A stretch of 64,000 bases of DNA, taken from NCBI RefSeq assembly GCF_009914755.1, contig NC_060927.1, one strand, 5' to 3'. Positions 20,476-45,729 of the stretch are shown piece by piece. The stretch's first letter is position 1, and each line of letters starts with the position of its first letter. Position numbers and translations under genes: made by a program. The notes under the pieces were generated by a model. That model made no database searches, was not told the origin of the DNA, and was given only the letters and a program-made list of their open reading frames with translations. The DNA comes from the human T2T-CHM13v2.0 reference genome, Homo sapiens.

Positions 20476-20984
20476 GAAAAGAAAGTAACAAAATATAAAA
20501 ATAATTTTTCACCTACAGAACTGAAAAACATAAAAATACTCCTAATATCTAAAGGCTACACAGGAAATGGGCATTACTCATATTCAAATAACGTACATTT
20601 AAATGGATAAAATCTAACTGGAAGACAGCCTATATCAAGGTTTAAAGTGCTCTCCTATATCAAGGTTTAAAGTTTAAACCCTAGAATTCTACTTTTATAA
20701 ACTGTATTCTGATAAAGCACATATATACAATGTTTGGCAGGGAAAAAAATTTTAATAGCTATCAATTGAACAATGGCTAATTAGGGTATATCCACACAAT
20801 AAAATATAATGCAACCATTAGAGAATGAAATAAAACCAATCTCTCTTGAGAAGGAGAAAGAGGGTGTGGTTTAAATATTTTGATAGAAAGAGGTTATGAC
20901 ACTGTGAGAATCTGATACTATGATATAGAAAGAGGATGAATACTGTGAGAGAAAGAGAGAAGGGGTAGAGGGGCTTGATACAGC

Positions 20985-21215
20985 GAGGATAAAATGTGGT
21001 AAGGCACTGGAGAGTCTGTCTAGATTCGAATCCTTGCTCATCCATCCACTTGCCAACTGTGTGACCCTGACAAGTTAATTTAAAATTTCTTTGTACTTAG
21101 GTTTCCTTATCCAAATAATAACAATATCAATCACACAGTACTAATGGTAAGAATTATGTAAAACTGCTCATGTCAAAAAATACATATAGTAAGTATCTGC
21201 TATCATCATTAACTA
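20985..21215 (+). mobile_element. MIR
   Basis: Contains the MIR core ttcgaatcc...actgtgtgaccctgacaagttaatt...gtttccttatc. Confidence 0.7.
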
Positions 21216-22586
21216 CCAATCCCAAAAAATGGAATGTGTGGGTATTTAGGAGACAAATATTTAAAAAATGGAGACCCTGTCATAAAAAATATGGAATTTC
21301 CTAGGTTATGGACAATATGGGCTCGAGGAATTTAGAATAGCAAGATCTCCATAGCTGACTTGAATCATCTGGGAAGTTTCATACAGGAAGAATTTGACCT
21401 GAGTTTTCATAAATGCACAGAATTTAGACAGCAGGAGAATGGGAGTGATAGAAGAGCTGAATAAAAGCAGAGTGGTCATAGAGAAGAACATATTTCAAGG
21501 AGAGTAACATAAAAAGTTTGGAAAGTTAAGTATCTGGAGAAAATGGAAGACTATGGAAGTTTCTGCGTACACAAGTAAACTAGGCAGGTTTTACTTTCTA
21601 GACTATGAAGAACCATAGAAGATTTATGGGCAAGAGAAACAACATGACCAATGAGAACTCTGGGATTATTCTAGTCTTAGTACACAGAAGAGATTAGAAA
21701 GGAGAAGACTAAGGTACACGTTTATAAGTGGTTAAGCCAAATAATGACAGGTTCTGACTAGAATAGTAGTGAAGAGAAAGAAAAAGAAGAGACACAGCCA
21801 CAAGGCAGTATGAGGAAAAAAGAAAATCAAGTTAAACAATGACTGGATATTAGGGATGAGCAAATGGAACAGTCTGAATAACAGTGAATTATAAAACCAT
21901 TAAAAAGAAAAGGCAAATCCAAAGTTCTGGGAACTAGCAGGAGAGATTTCCATTGAGTCTTAAAAGTTAAGTCATAGTTAGATAAGATGGCTTGACAATT
22001 TGAGATAACAGTACAATATTCAGATATCAAGATCCAGTGGGCATTTGACAACATGAGACTAGTACTTGGGGGAGAGGTGAGAACTGAAAACAAAAACAAC
22101 TGAATTTTTAAAAATTCTTTAGAATGTTCCAGATATTTACAGCAGATGGACACTAGAATGTGGTATAACTAGTGTTATACCAGAACAGTGATCACTTCTT
22201 CTTGTTATATCCCTTCATGTTTACCATAGATCTTGGTACATTGGAGGCTCCCACTAAAATGTTGCAGAGGTTGGAAGAGTAGTAAAGGGAGCAACGCTGC
22301 ATAGTGACAGAGGCTTAATTACACCCGGTGTCTTCTGACTCTCTCTGCTATACCACAACATAGAGATGACATCTGAGCTTCCATGCATAGGCTCCCCTAA
22401 TGAGGTACAGAAAATGAAAATACATGACGAGAACTGAATTTTGGGATTGCTAGTGTCTAAAGGCAGAAGGACAAGAAAAAAAAGGGAAGATAGCAAAAAA
22501 AAAAAAAAAAAGTTACGAGAAAAATGGATAGTGTTGTAATATGGTTTGGATGTTTATCCCTTTCCAAACCTCATGTTGAAATGTAA

Positions 22587-22835
<249 letters not shown>

Positions 22836-22919
22836 TGAATGGGTTAGCACCATCCCCTTGTTGATGAGTGAGTTCCCACTCAGTTAGTTCACAGGAGATC
22901 TGGTTATTTAAGAGAGTCT

Positions 22920-23072
22920 GGGGACGGGCATGGTGGCTCACGCCTGTAATCCCAGCACTTTGGGAGGCTGAGACAGGCGACTTGCCTGAGCTCAGGAGAT
23001 TGAGACTAGCTTGGACAACATGGCAAAACCCCGTTTCTACAAAATAGTAATAACAATAATAATAATAATAAA
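22920..23072 (+). mobile_element. Alu left-arm/FLAM monomer with (AAT)n tail
   Basis: gggcatggtggctcacgcctgtaatcccagc...ccgtttctacaaaa, flanked by (a/g)agtctgg. Confidence 0.85.
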
Positions 23073-23540
23073 GTCTGGATCTCCCCCTTCATGCTCTCGC
23101 TCAGCTCTTGCCATGTGATGCACCTACTCGCCCTTCACCTTCTGCCCATGATTAGAAGTTTCCTGAGACAATTACTAGAAGCAGATGTCTGCACCACACT
23201 TCCTGTACAGTTTGCAGAATTGTGAGCCAATTAAACCTCTTTTCTTTATAAATTACTCAATATCAGGTATTCCTTTATAGAGATGCAAAAACAGACTAAC
23301 ACAAGTTGCAACATGGATTAAAAAAATTTTTTGAAAAAAGGAAGCATAGTCAAATACATAAAATGCTTATATGCTACAGGCAGTGTTCCTCTGGTCTACA
23401 TCAACACAGTACAACGGTGAGGACAGGTCACTTTTTATAGTATAAATTAAGAAATTTTAACTTACCTTTCACAGGATTAAAAAATACATATATTACATAT
23501 GTCATTTGTAATGACTACAAAAGTAATACTGCAATCTTCA

Positions 23541-24461
<921 letters not shown>

Positions 24462-25443
24462 TAGACAGTACTGTTCCCATATTATAGGTAATAGGAAGAA
24501 TGTTAAATTTGCCCATGGTCAAATAGCAAAAGGTGAACCCATAAGAGTCTGACCTTATCCATCCAATTCTAAAAGGCCTTAGGGCTTTCTTCAAGACCTT
24601 ATTTTACTTGAAAATAAAATATGTGCAAATAAAAATGTTTAAAACTTCTCTCTTCAGATCCTTCTGCATTTAGGAAAGTAAGGCTTTGAGTGTTTGCTTC
24701 CCTGAATCTTCTTTTTAGCAAAGTAGAAGACCTCTCAGAGAAAGCTCAGGTGGAGAAAAGAATGTTAATTTGGGGTTAACAGATATAAAAATTTAAATAA
24801 TCCAACCCATTCTGAACTGAGGCCCAATTATATAAGCATATCACTGGCTCCAGGGTCTCTATTCACTCACAGACCTCTTCTTTCCTTTTTTGCCTTCTCT
24901 CACCCCAGTAGCAATCCAACGGCTCTCTTCAATTCAGGCACAAGAGCCACCTCCTACTTCACTAGGGATAGTCCACAGTCACCATCTTGTTTTCTGAATT
25001 CTTAATCGATTCTGTGTATTATGCTACCTAGTATCTGATCTAAAAGAGCTTTACATTGTTCTTTTAGTGACTTCAACGTACACAAAAATGTCTACTGTTT
25101 CTTCTCTCTTCCCTGACAAATCTAAAACCAATTCTCAGTACAATATAAGTCCTTAGGCTCACTTATTGGACTTTTATTTTTTCCTGTTATTCTTCCATTA
25201 CAATTTCCTTTCTAAAATACTAACTGAATTCCAATTAACCTAATAAAAGAAAAGTAATATAATATTTATGAGTATTTTTCTCTGTGAAATATAAATTGCT
25301 AGATAAATGAATATCCAAATGCACTAGTGGAATATTATAACCAATATTTATATCCATTTAAATTCACAGAAGTATTAATATACACAAAAGCCAGTGAATG
25401 TCTGTGACCAATTAACACTTTCATTTGTAAGATGGCATTCATG

Positions 25444-31524
<6,081 letters not shown>

Positions 31525-32339
31525 AAGATGGCACTCATGACAGATTCAAAAGCAATGAGGGATTCCTTCATAAGATAGCCAGGTGAAATACAGGCAGTCT
31601 ATATTTATCATGGCCAGCCATCTTGAATATTTATGTCTTTAGGTCCAAGGTAAAACACTCAAACTGGCATGATTTAATCACCCCAAATCCAAAACCACTT
31701 GTGAAAAGAAAGAACTCAAATCTTGTCAGCACCACCATTTTTATTTACAGCAGTATTATATATGCTTTAAATGCACACAAACCCCAGCATAAGCCAATAT
31801 AAAAAAAGCAGTTTTCAAAGCTTTCAAACTCTCCCTTCAAGTCTCATCCCTCAGTAAAATAAACCTTAGGTATATTTGCTAAAAACCTAGTTTAATCTGA
31901 GTTCTAAATTATCATGCCCCACCCCCCAAAATTCTATGCTAATCTTAACTACAACTTTTCAAGCTGACTATAAACCTTATCATAAGTTATTCTCTCCCTC
32001 ATTTGTAAAATAACTTTTCTTTACCTGTATCTTAGCAGTCCTAAAAACAGAATCACAGTCTTCTGAACTTAAACTCTAAATGAAGAGATCCAGAAAGGTT
32101 AAAATCCAAGGTATTGAATGCATTCTTACAATCCAATTGTCTCAAGAGAACATAAAAAGCATACGTTATTTCAAACATAGTCTGACTCTTCCCTATGTTA
32201 TCCAAGTCAAAACTGTAACACCAAAAAAAGATTTCGAGGACTCTGAATTAAAAATTCCACTGAACAAGTTGCTTGCAAAATCTCACATCTAACTCACAAA
32301 ACAAAGGATCATTAATAAACTAATATAGATTTTAAGAAC

Positions 32340-32757
32340 AGTAGCTGAGTGTGGTGGCACATGCCTGTAAGTGAGCCAAGACTGCGCCACTGCATTTTGG
32401 CCTGGGTGACAAAGGGAGACCCTGTCTCTAAATAAATAAATAAATAAATAAATAAATGGCCAGGCATGGTAGTTCACACCTGTAATCCCAGCACTTTGGG
32501 AGGCCAAGGTGGGCGGATCACTCAAGGCCAGCAGTTCAAGACCAGCCTGGCCAAGATGGCAAAACATTGTCTCTACTAAAAATACAAAAATTAGCCAAAC
32601 ACAGTGATGCACACATGTAATCCCAGCTACAAGGGAGGCTGAGGCACAAGAATCCCTTGAACCCAGGAGGCGGGAGGCTGCAGTGAGCTGAGATCATGCC
32701 ACTGTACTCCAGCCTGGGCAACACAGCAAGACCATTTCCAATAACAGCAACACAAAA
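32340..32757 (+). mobile_element. Deleted Alu fragment with (AAAT)n tail followed by a full Alu (from 32458)
   Basis: Alu motifs are visible, and the first piece jumps from gcctgtaa to gtgagccaag. Confidence 0.88.
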
Positions 32758-34352
32758 AGCCTACTGTACTCCACAATTTTAATTAACTGAAAAACGGAAA
32801 ACAAAAACTGTCTGGGGTCCAACCAAAAATTATGTTTTTCTACTGCATAACCATATTTCAATAAAGGAAACAGGAGCCCCACCTTTGTATTTTCCTTGCT
32901 CTAGTAAGAGAACTTAAGCAATATAAGCATTTGTGATGACGTTCCCTATTTGCCTCCACAGGTTCTACTTCTTTTTAAAAAAGGTAACATTTCAAGGGTT
33001 TGAAAACTAGCTATGATAGATATCCATTAGAACCCTGGGATTTAGCATCTCTTCACTCCAGCCACTGAGCCTAGGAATGTCTATCCCAGCATCATAATTT
33101 GCAAATGGGAAAAAGCATCAAATAAGACAATTCTGCTAAAGTATTAAAAGCAGAGTGGAAAGGTAAAACAGGTCCTACAGATACTATAGCTGAAAGAGAC
33201 TCTTAAGGCCTCTTAATTTTAAGCTGAGATTTGATGTAGACAAGGACCAATTCTTTCACACTTTTGCACATCTAGAGACAAGGTACTTACTACCTTAGCA
33301 GTAATTAAAAGATAAATAGCAGAGCTGAAAAGAATGGCAGGGCAATATGGGGGATGACTTGGCATGAACATTAGTAGTGCCATGGGTCGGTCAGCAACTA
33401 GCGTGCCAAGGAAAAGCGCATTACCATTTGGCATTGGAATTAGCCAACTTGGCAATAAGATAACAACTGTATAAAATTGTACTGTTTACAAAGAACAATC
33501 CCATTCATTGTTTCATCTACATTAATACCTATAATAGATTAATTTATCATAAAGCTTTAGGTAGCAGAACTCATCGCATGCCTCGTGCTGCCTCTGCTGT
33601 ATTTTAAAACCTTCCCACTACCACTAACTTCATATTCTTTTCTCCATTTCCCCTTAAAAAAAGAAGATAATGTTTCCAATAACATAATGTAAAAGGATCA
33701 GCTCCAGAGTAATAGGAAGTAAGAGAATAAATCAACAGGCTTTTATAGTTTTCTGGCCTCAACCATGTACTCCTTAATATCAACATCTATTCCCAGAGAC
33801 ACTTTGGCAACATTAGGTTTTGAAATTTATACCAAAGCAAAACCATATCAAAAATAAAACTGTACAACAGTTGATTCTGTGACATCCAAACAACTTAATA
33901 TTTGCTACAACAAATTGGGCTATTTCAGACCATAGCACTGCTTCCAAGAGACCAAAATCCTCAAGAAAAACTAGAAACTGTAACAAATCTGCTTAAACAA
34001 AAAATAACCACTTTGCCCAGTACTAAATTTCCTAGCATACATGAAACAGTAATTTCCAAACTAATTATATGGCACTAGCGATTATAATAAAATTGGTCTT
34101 CGAAACCGCCTTGAAGGTACAACAGCACAGCAGCAGGAACTAGTTCAGCTTCAGGCCCTCTCTCCCGTCAGAGGACTTCACTCACATTGTACAAATTCCC
34201 TACATAATTAAAACACAGCATTAAATCCCTACTCTTTACCATAATAGATAAATCTTAAATACATAAACCAGAATAGACCCCTCATGACGCAATGAAAAGA
34301 CGGTATACAACAGAACAATCACTTTCTATTGAAGGCTGTTAAATACAGAATA

Positions 34353-34660
34353 ATTTTTTTCTTTTTTAAGAGACAGGGTCGTCCAGGTTAGAGTGCAATG
34401 ACGTGATCATAGCTCACTCACTGTAACACTGAACTCCTGGGCTCAAGCAATCCTCCTGCCTCAGCTTCCCAAGTAGTTAACACTAGAGGCACAAACCACC
34501 ATGCCTCACTAATATTTTTTATTTTTTTATTTTTTGGAGAGACAGGGTCTCACTTTGTTGCCCAGGTTGGTCTCTAACTCCTGGCCTTAAGTCTAAAATC
34601 ATCCTACCTCAGCCTCCCCAAAGTGCTGGGATTACAGGTGTGAACCACTGTATCCAGTCT
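34353..34660 (-). mobile_element. Alu (AluJ-like)
   Basis: Reverse Alu with J-type motifs (tcatagctcac, ctcctgggctcaagcaatcctcc). Confidence 0.88.
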
Positions 34661-35546
34661 AGAATACAATTTTTACAAAAGCCTTGGCGGTTTAGGCATA
34701 TCCCAAAATAATACACACAGCCTAGTTCTCAATCTCCTAAAAACAGGATTGTACCTGTAAACAACATTTTGTAGTCATATTTTTTGAAGTCTTCTCAAGT
34801 CACTCCTCAGACCAATCCACTCCACGATGAATACGGTGACATGGACCCATCCAAGGTATGGAGGGAGTATCCAAAAGCCAAAAGTCCACTTCAAGGATGT
34901 TTAAATATTTCGTAGGTAGGTGTCTGGCACTGACACTCTAATTTTATTCAAATGATAAATCTCAAAGCTGAACATACTTTGTTCATTTAACAAAGGCATT
35001 TAATTTGATGTTTCTTGTTTTAAGGAGACTAGTTCTTAAAATCCAGTGCTGAGAAAAAGCAACAACTGAGACACTTTGTAACTGAGGTGCTTTTAGAGAA
35101 TATGAATAAGGTGTACTACAAACTGAGAAAAGTCATGCCACAGTCTAATAAATACTCTGGTGACCTTGCTGTGGAGAGTTAAGTCTGCAATGACTGCCTC
35201 TATAAAAATTTTCCTTCACCTCAAGAATGAAGTCTCCACGTAGAAATAACAGAAAATTAAAAGTCTGCAACAAAAGCCTAGAGAAATCAGCACACCGCCC
35301 ATGAATACACAGAAGATACAAAGCATTTTCATGACATTTTCTGTCTAACAATAGTATTAGCAGAGGGAAAGGCACTGCCAATTATTTCTCTATCATGTAG
35401 AGAAATAACACACAGCTATTTTTAAAGGATGTTTACATAAGACTGTCAGAAGAGGAAACTCTGGCCACTGTAAATTTTTCAGGTTAAGTTGAAGTTCAAC
35501 TCTTTATCCAAAGAAACCACGTTTAAAAAAAAAAAAAAAACTATTA

Positions 35547-35975
<429 letters not shown>

Positions 35976-37040
35976 GCAAAGATGTTCTCCCCAAAATAAA
36001 CAAACTGCTAGAAACAAGAAAACAACATAAAAATTAATTAGCAAAGGGAATAAAAAGTAGAAAACTGAGCCCCATGGGATCAGAGTTAGAAAATTCAAAA
36101 ATGAACTTATTCTTGTGATTAAAATAGGGGCTTTATTTATGATGCGGAAGCTCTAGCCAGAGTGCACAACTGCTTATATATGTTGGAACAAATGAAACTA
36201 TGAAGAAAGAAAGGAAATATCAACCAAGCAGTTGAATCAATCAAATCAACCCTAATGATCAACAGCAGGATAAAAATTCCAGGGCAATTTCTATGTAAAC
36301 TTCATGTGATAAAAATCTTTCTAACAAGGTCTTTTCCCTTAGATACCATTCATCTTCACATGATTCTAACCTAAGAGATTAGAAAAAACAAAAAAAACAA
36401 TTACTAAATTTCCTTTGGGGATAGGAAGAGTAAATAAAAGGAGAGGCAGAGAAAACAAAATGGACAGATGTCACATAGGCTGGCTTCCGGAGATGTTTAC
36501 TTGTTTATCACTTTTAGAAATGAAAAGGAAAACATAGGGTGGCAGAGGACAAGAGATGACAGAAAGACTCCAGAGTTCTTTTCAATCACAGGAAGACATC
36601 ATGCTACTGAAATTAACAGATATCAATTCTGAAGAATCATAACATCCCCTTCTTTAAAAAGAAAAAAATCAAATTTTGTCCTTAGAGGCCTAATGAAAAG
36701 AATATGGGCTTTGAAGTCATACAAAGGTTTATATCACAAGTTCAACCTACTTAATATCTATAAAATGGAAATAGCTGCTACTTAGGGTTGTGACACTTGA
36801 ATAGCACAGGTTACACAGTTGTTGTTTTTTAAATGCATGCCACTTAGTGGGTGCTCAATAAATTACAGTTTCTTTGAACTTCAAATTATTAGCAGTGGAA
36901 ATAGGAAAGAATATATTATTCTGCTCCACTATGCTCTTTTACCACTCACATGTGCCCTATCACGGTACTTATCACAATGCCCTATAATTAAAAGTCTGAA
37001 CCCCTTACTTCACTAAGAGCTCTTAGAAAAACTAGACATT

Positions 37041-37371
<331 letters not shown>

Positions 37372-39908
37372 TTACATTTCCCATGTGCACTAGGTTCAGC
37401 ACAATGCAAATGCTCAGCAAAGGTTTGCCACAGACTTTGTAAGAATTATTCAAGCAGAATTGTTAGGATTTGAGAACTGACTAATTCATGTTAAACCTAA
37501 GTAGTGCTTTTGTGTCTTCCTATGCTTGCCATTGGTCAGATATAAATTCCTGGGGAGAAGATATATAGAAAAGCCTTACAAGTAGTAAAACAGAATGGAG
37601 GGCTTACTGAAAACATGGTGACAACAAGCAGCCAAAACAAATGACTCAATGTCCCACATGTGTATTTAGGTATGGGTGGGAAATTTACTCTGTTCCTAAC
37701 CCTTTTCCAAATAATTCTGGTTTCTTTAGAGCATCAATATGCAGCAATTGGCAAAAACTGGACAGGAGACAAAACTGAGATCTTAAGTTCAATTTATGTA
37801 AGCATATTCCTTGAGAACTGTTTACAGTTTGCAAGCACCACTCACAGTGGGCATAAGAATCACCTGGGAGTTTACTAAAATGAAGACCCTAGAATATATC
37901 CCCCAAAAGGTCAGTAGCTCTGAAGTGGGGCTCCAGAAACTGTATTTTTAATAAGCACCTCAAATGCTTCTTAATGCAGGTCCAGCTACCACACTTGAAG
38001 AGCCACAATATACCATTTAATTCCTACAAAAAGCCTGTGACATACTCAGAACACTCATTTTAACAAATGGGAAAATTTACGGTGTTCAAAAAGATTTGAT
38101 AATTTGCTCAAAGTAATCCCTTCAACAACTCATATCCACAGGATTCAGACCTGTCCATTTACTGAAAAACTCGTGTCCTACTACATTACTTTGCTAAGGA
38201 CCATGTCATAAATATAAGAGATGGGTATTTAGGCCCTGAAACCAACTTTTTGTGTTCAGCAAAACCTAAAACTCCAAATATCTTACAAAAGGTGCTGAGG
38301 CCAATATCTATTAGCCACTCCAATTTTTTCTTTGAAATATCCATACTTCTTCTGAGCCAATTTTAATTGACTCAATTTTTTATCTTCTTGGTTTTACCTC
38401 AAAACCAAATTTTACTTTAAACCAAACAATAAACCTAAAATCAGAAACATGCTAATTTTCAACAGTCTGAACTTAAATATTATTTTACTTGTAAGCCATA
38501 AACTGGAATCAAGTGTATTTTCCTTTTCTCTAACTTCACTGAACTGGAATAAAATCAAACCAAACCCAAAGTGAATAAATATTTCACTTGGTCTTAACTC
38601 CTCACTTGAAATAATTTCAAGACGTAATTTAGAAACAGGTTTATTTTCCATACACGTCTAAAAGGCTTACAGCATGTGCATAAAAATCTTTGGCTTTTAG
38701 GAATTTACATTAGAATTTTTAACTCTTAAAAACACGCTTATCCGTTTGATTTACAAGCTGCCCAATTTGGAGGGCAAGGGTAGACACTATATTTAAATTT
38801 TTCTTAAGAAGGAAGGTTACCAGATTATCAAAGAATTAGTACGCTATACATGGATGAAAAGAGAAAATGGTAAGTACTTAAACTAAAGAAGTAAATAATT
38901 ACTTTTAAAAATACAATTACTCACTCACTGATCCAGTCAGTGGTCACATTCTAGAAACATCAACCTTGAGCAGCCAGAAGAAAGCCAGAAAATAGATCTC
39001 AAAAAGCTGGTATATTTTACTGTAATCTTTAGTGACAGTAATACCAGATCAGTGCTCTAAATATATTTTTTAAATCAATTAGGTCTGTTCTTGGCCTACT
39101 AGACATCCCTTTGGTCCTCAATATTGCATTCTGACAACCCAAATGCCCCCAATATAACAGCTTATCCAACCCTGCCCTCACCTGAAATATGCAGATATCT
39201 GCACTCCTTAATCCAAACTGCTTTTTCCATAGCACAGCATACAAATTTACACACATTTTTAATCACTTTAAAGTGGAGGTTATTAAATCAAAAATTGCTG
39301 TTGAATTAAAACAGTAGGGAGGGGAGGAGAGAGGACAGGATTTGCTTTCTCCCAGAAGACTACTGCTTACTCTAAGTCAGTCCTACATACTTTATCAATT
39401 ACGATTTAACAACTAATACCCAATCCATGAGGGCAACACTTACAGTTATCACACACTGGGGGCGTCCCATTTTATGACTATGCAGATAGCAGTCTGAAAA
39501 AATATTTGTTCATTTATAAGTGACAAATTTCTACAGGCTTCTACTATACTTTGGAAACTAAAGTCTGAAAGTCACCAAAATAAATACCTCTACTTCCTCC
39601 TCAGAGATGACCTCGGACCCTGCAATCACCCTCTTAAAAGAGTGAAGTCAATTCAACAGATTGAGAAGATAATGCAGTTAAAATTCATATATTTGACAGT
39701 TTTCCCTAGGACCAATCATGATCACCAAACCATCATCACTCATCATCACAAATAAATTTGTGAAGCACTTTACAGTTTAAAAGCACAGTTAGACCCATTA
39801 TCTCATTTGATCCAAGCAACAGTCCTACAAAGGAGGAAGAACCAGTACTAAATCAGGGAGAAGGGAACTGAGACTCAAAAAATAAGTAAAATTGCTCAAG
39901 GTTATATA

Positions 39909-40157
39909 CAGGTAACCCCTGAACAATATGGGTTTGAACTGCGCAGGTCCACTTATACACAGATTAAAAGTACAGTATTCACAGGGTGTAAAACCCACAT
40001 ATACAGAGGGCCAACTTTCTACATACGGTGGTTCCATAGGGCCAACTTTCCACATACGGTGGTTCCATAGGGCCAACTGCAGGACTTGAATATGCAAAGA
40101 TTTTGATGTGCCCAGTGGTCCTGGAACCAATGCCCCATGTATAACAGCAATGACTCT
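39909..40157 (+). mobile_element. MER8-like TcMar-Tigger MITE with an internal 31-bp duplication
   Basis: Starts caggtaacccctgaacaatatgggtttgaactgcgcaggtccacttatac, ends with cctggaaccaatgcccc, and has TA flanks. Confidence 0.8.
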
Positions 40158-41999
40158 ATAGTATTAAAAACTAGAGTATAACACTACAGTTTAGACTGTG
40201 TAGTATTAAAAACTATACTATAGTCTTATAGTACTCATCCAAATTGCCTCATCCAATTCCTAAGTTTAGTATACTTTCCATTACTTATAAAAGTGAAAGT
40301 GAATTGAATAATTTACATTCTAAAATAAATCCATAAAAATAACTCGGTCCAATATAACCACACATTTTGAGTAAGAGTCTTTACATCTTCTAATATAAAC
40401 TGCAAAAATACCTTTAAATATAAAACTGTGTCATTTTGCTGATATACAAAGCTACCTGAGAGACAAATCATCTAAAACGAGTAAAAAGAGAGCCAGAAAT
40501 TCCCGAGGCAAATCACATCAGTGAACAGATAGCAAACATTTAAACACTTCAACAGATTTATCACAATACTAAGTAATAATACATAGCCTAACAACAGGTG
40601 CTACTTTTGTAGGAATAGAAGGAACATTTCCTGATTTTCTTTTTGGACTGCTTTCTTCTAAATATGAAACATTTTGGAAATTGAAAAAGGAAGCATGGTT
40701 TTTCTAATCAATAAACAAACAAAAAAAAGGAATGTAAAAACCAAATCTCTCTCATCACATAATAGTTTTAGGCATCTGTTGAATTAGCTAAAGTACAATA
40801 TTTTACTTTTACTTTTCATACATTCAAAAAATATATTTTCTTAATAATAGTTTAATACATCAAAAAACACTCCAAATGTATATCAAGCTATTTAAATATT
40901 TTTGGTGAGCTGATGTACCATGTTATGAAAAAAAAAATACTGAAACAGTTCATATAAAAATACCATAGTAGCATTCTACTCCCCATTCCCAGTTCTAAAT
41001 AGCTTCCAAAGATATCCAAAACCACTTACTGACCAGCATAAGGATTGCTAACCCAAAACACTTTATCAACACCTTTGCTCTCCTCCATCAGGAATCATTT
41101 GCATGTTATACTCTACCCCTATTCCCTTAAACCTGCATTATTTGTGTGTCAATGAAATCTATCTCAAACAATTTCTTTTTCAAACACACATCCTAGGTTA
41201 CTCTGTCTTCCATTGTTCTTTCCTATCTTTTTTACCTGAGGAAACAATTTCTTTTCTACCATTTTCATTCCACTCAGAACCTAAAATACAATCTTAACCA
41301 TAGCCGGTAAGCAAAAAGATAGCATTTCTGCTGTATACCAATATCAAAACAAAGAAATGCCAGCAACCTATAAAGTACCTGAAAGGACACAGAAAGGCCT
41401 GCCAGACTCCCGCAAGTCTCTACGCCTGACCTCCCTCTGATTAAATCCCTGTATCAATCACACATAGAAGAAAATTTTTCAAAACTAATTCTTAACAGTG
41501 TTCTGGTGTTAACTACTATTCTTGCCATATTATTTTCTATTATGTGTCACTGTAAATATGTAGATATTTGAGCTAACTATGGCTTCACTAGGCTTTTGTA
41601 GGATAGCCTGGGAACCTATTCGCATTTACATATTTACTAAACTTACTATGAAAAAATACTTTCTAAGTTCCAAAATAGTTTATGAACTTTTAGAATGCAA
41701 TCTGTTTATCAGCTAAAGCTTTTCTGTATAACAAAATAGGAGGAGGAGATATGCCTAAAATATTACAATTTTAACTGTTGCGAAGATAGAGTACCTCCAA
41801 ACAACTTTATAAGAACCTCTTAAAATTAACTATGGAAAATAAAATAGCAGGTAATAACTACGAGTTTTGTCATTAATTCCATTTCTGCAAGGGACACCAT
41901 ACATTTTCAAATACTGATTAAATTCTAGTTTACAACTTCATTAGTAATGATGCTGTTTATAGTTAATATAATAAGGAACATGCCTAAGAGAAAAATATA

Positions 42000-44110
<2,111 letters not shown>

Positions 44111-45729
44111 TATTAAATAACATTGTCCTAACTGATTACAGTTACTTATAATCAAATCCATATTGGTTTTTGTATTTGCCTTATCTTCCTCCCTCTAAAA
44201 ACTTGCTTAACACCTCCCAATCCTCTCCCCACAAAAGAGAGAGAGAGAGGAAAAGAAAGAAATGAAAGAAAAAAAGACCGGCCTTTAGAGAACCTGGCAA
44301 TGCCATTCAAATAGGGCAAGTCCAAGTCCACCTCTTCAAGGCGGAAGAGTACTGTCAGATTAAGTGGGTCAATTCACAAAGCAGTCCACTTAGCATTTCT
44401 TTCTCCCCACAAAGCTCTACTAGAAGAGATGCTAACTGGCTCTATTAAATAAAAGACACTGGAATAATCCTGCACTCACAGTGGGTCTACAACTGGGACT
44501 TGGTTCCTTTATCACTGCCTGAGAAATAAAATGAGACTAATCCTCTTATTGGTGGGTCATGGAAGAATGTCTTAGGACATCCGATGCCAAAGCAGAGTGT
44601 CTCCCACAGTGCTTACTCATTATTCGCAGTGTCAAAAGTAGATAAGGACATTAAAGTAGGAAACAATTTCCCTTGAAACAGAACTTTCATCCTTGGGAAA
44701 TATGTACATGCCTAACTCTGCCCTTTTTTAAATGGTCTTTGTCATCTCCTACTGTTAACTACCTGACTTAATGATATACCAGGATAGGACTAGCCCAAGT
44801 CTGCTAGCTGTGACTGCTGGTGAATTTCTTTTTTATACCATACCTCTACAACCTGCAGAAGCATTGAACACATACTCATTTAAAAAAAAAAAAAATCAGT
44901 GGAAACTTTAAAAGGGTTTGATGTGAATATATGCAAATAATAAGACAAAGGTTCCACTGAAGACTTTCCTGAGCTGGGTCCCTCCAAGGTTATGTCCAAC
45001 ACTGCCCCTAAATTCCATGTACTTTCATGCATCCTAGATGAAATTGTAATAAAAGTTAACTACAAAACAAAAATTTGTAGAGTCATCCTTTTTTCTCACC
45101 AATTTCCATTATAAAAACTGAAACTAAATACCCATGTGAAGAGTCCCACAGAATATAAGGTTTTAATACTTAATATGGTAAACACAGTGCTAGCAATAAC
45201 TTTATAGATCAATAATATCAACAAAAAGCCATCTGACCTATTACTCTTAAGGTGTTACTTAAATTTCATGATGCCCCTTAAATTTAATCAAGAAGAAAAA
45301 TACCATTTCCCTTATCTTAAGACCCTCATACACACACCCTCGTCACAAACCTTTGTCCTAGGTATCTCCAATATCCACTAAAGAGTAAAGCAAACACTAA
45401 GGGAGAAGAGAACAGTGTACCTGACAATCTAGGTACCATGAAAAGATGAAGAAATGGTCAATCTCAGAGGTCAAGAGCAGCCAATTTCATTAAGATCTCC
45501 ATCAAAGCAGATGATGCAGCACCTTCCTGAAACAAATTGTGACCCGCGTAGGCAATATGCCCCATTATTTACAAATGAGCTTGAAAAACTGAACTGATGA
45601 ATCCAAATTTAAAACAGAATATATCAGTTTTATTCAACTTTTCAGGTAGGGTAAATGTTCCAAATATTCTAACCAACAACATAAATGGACTCCAAAAATT
45701 AAGCTGGCACTTAACAGTCTTAGGTTTTA

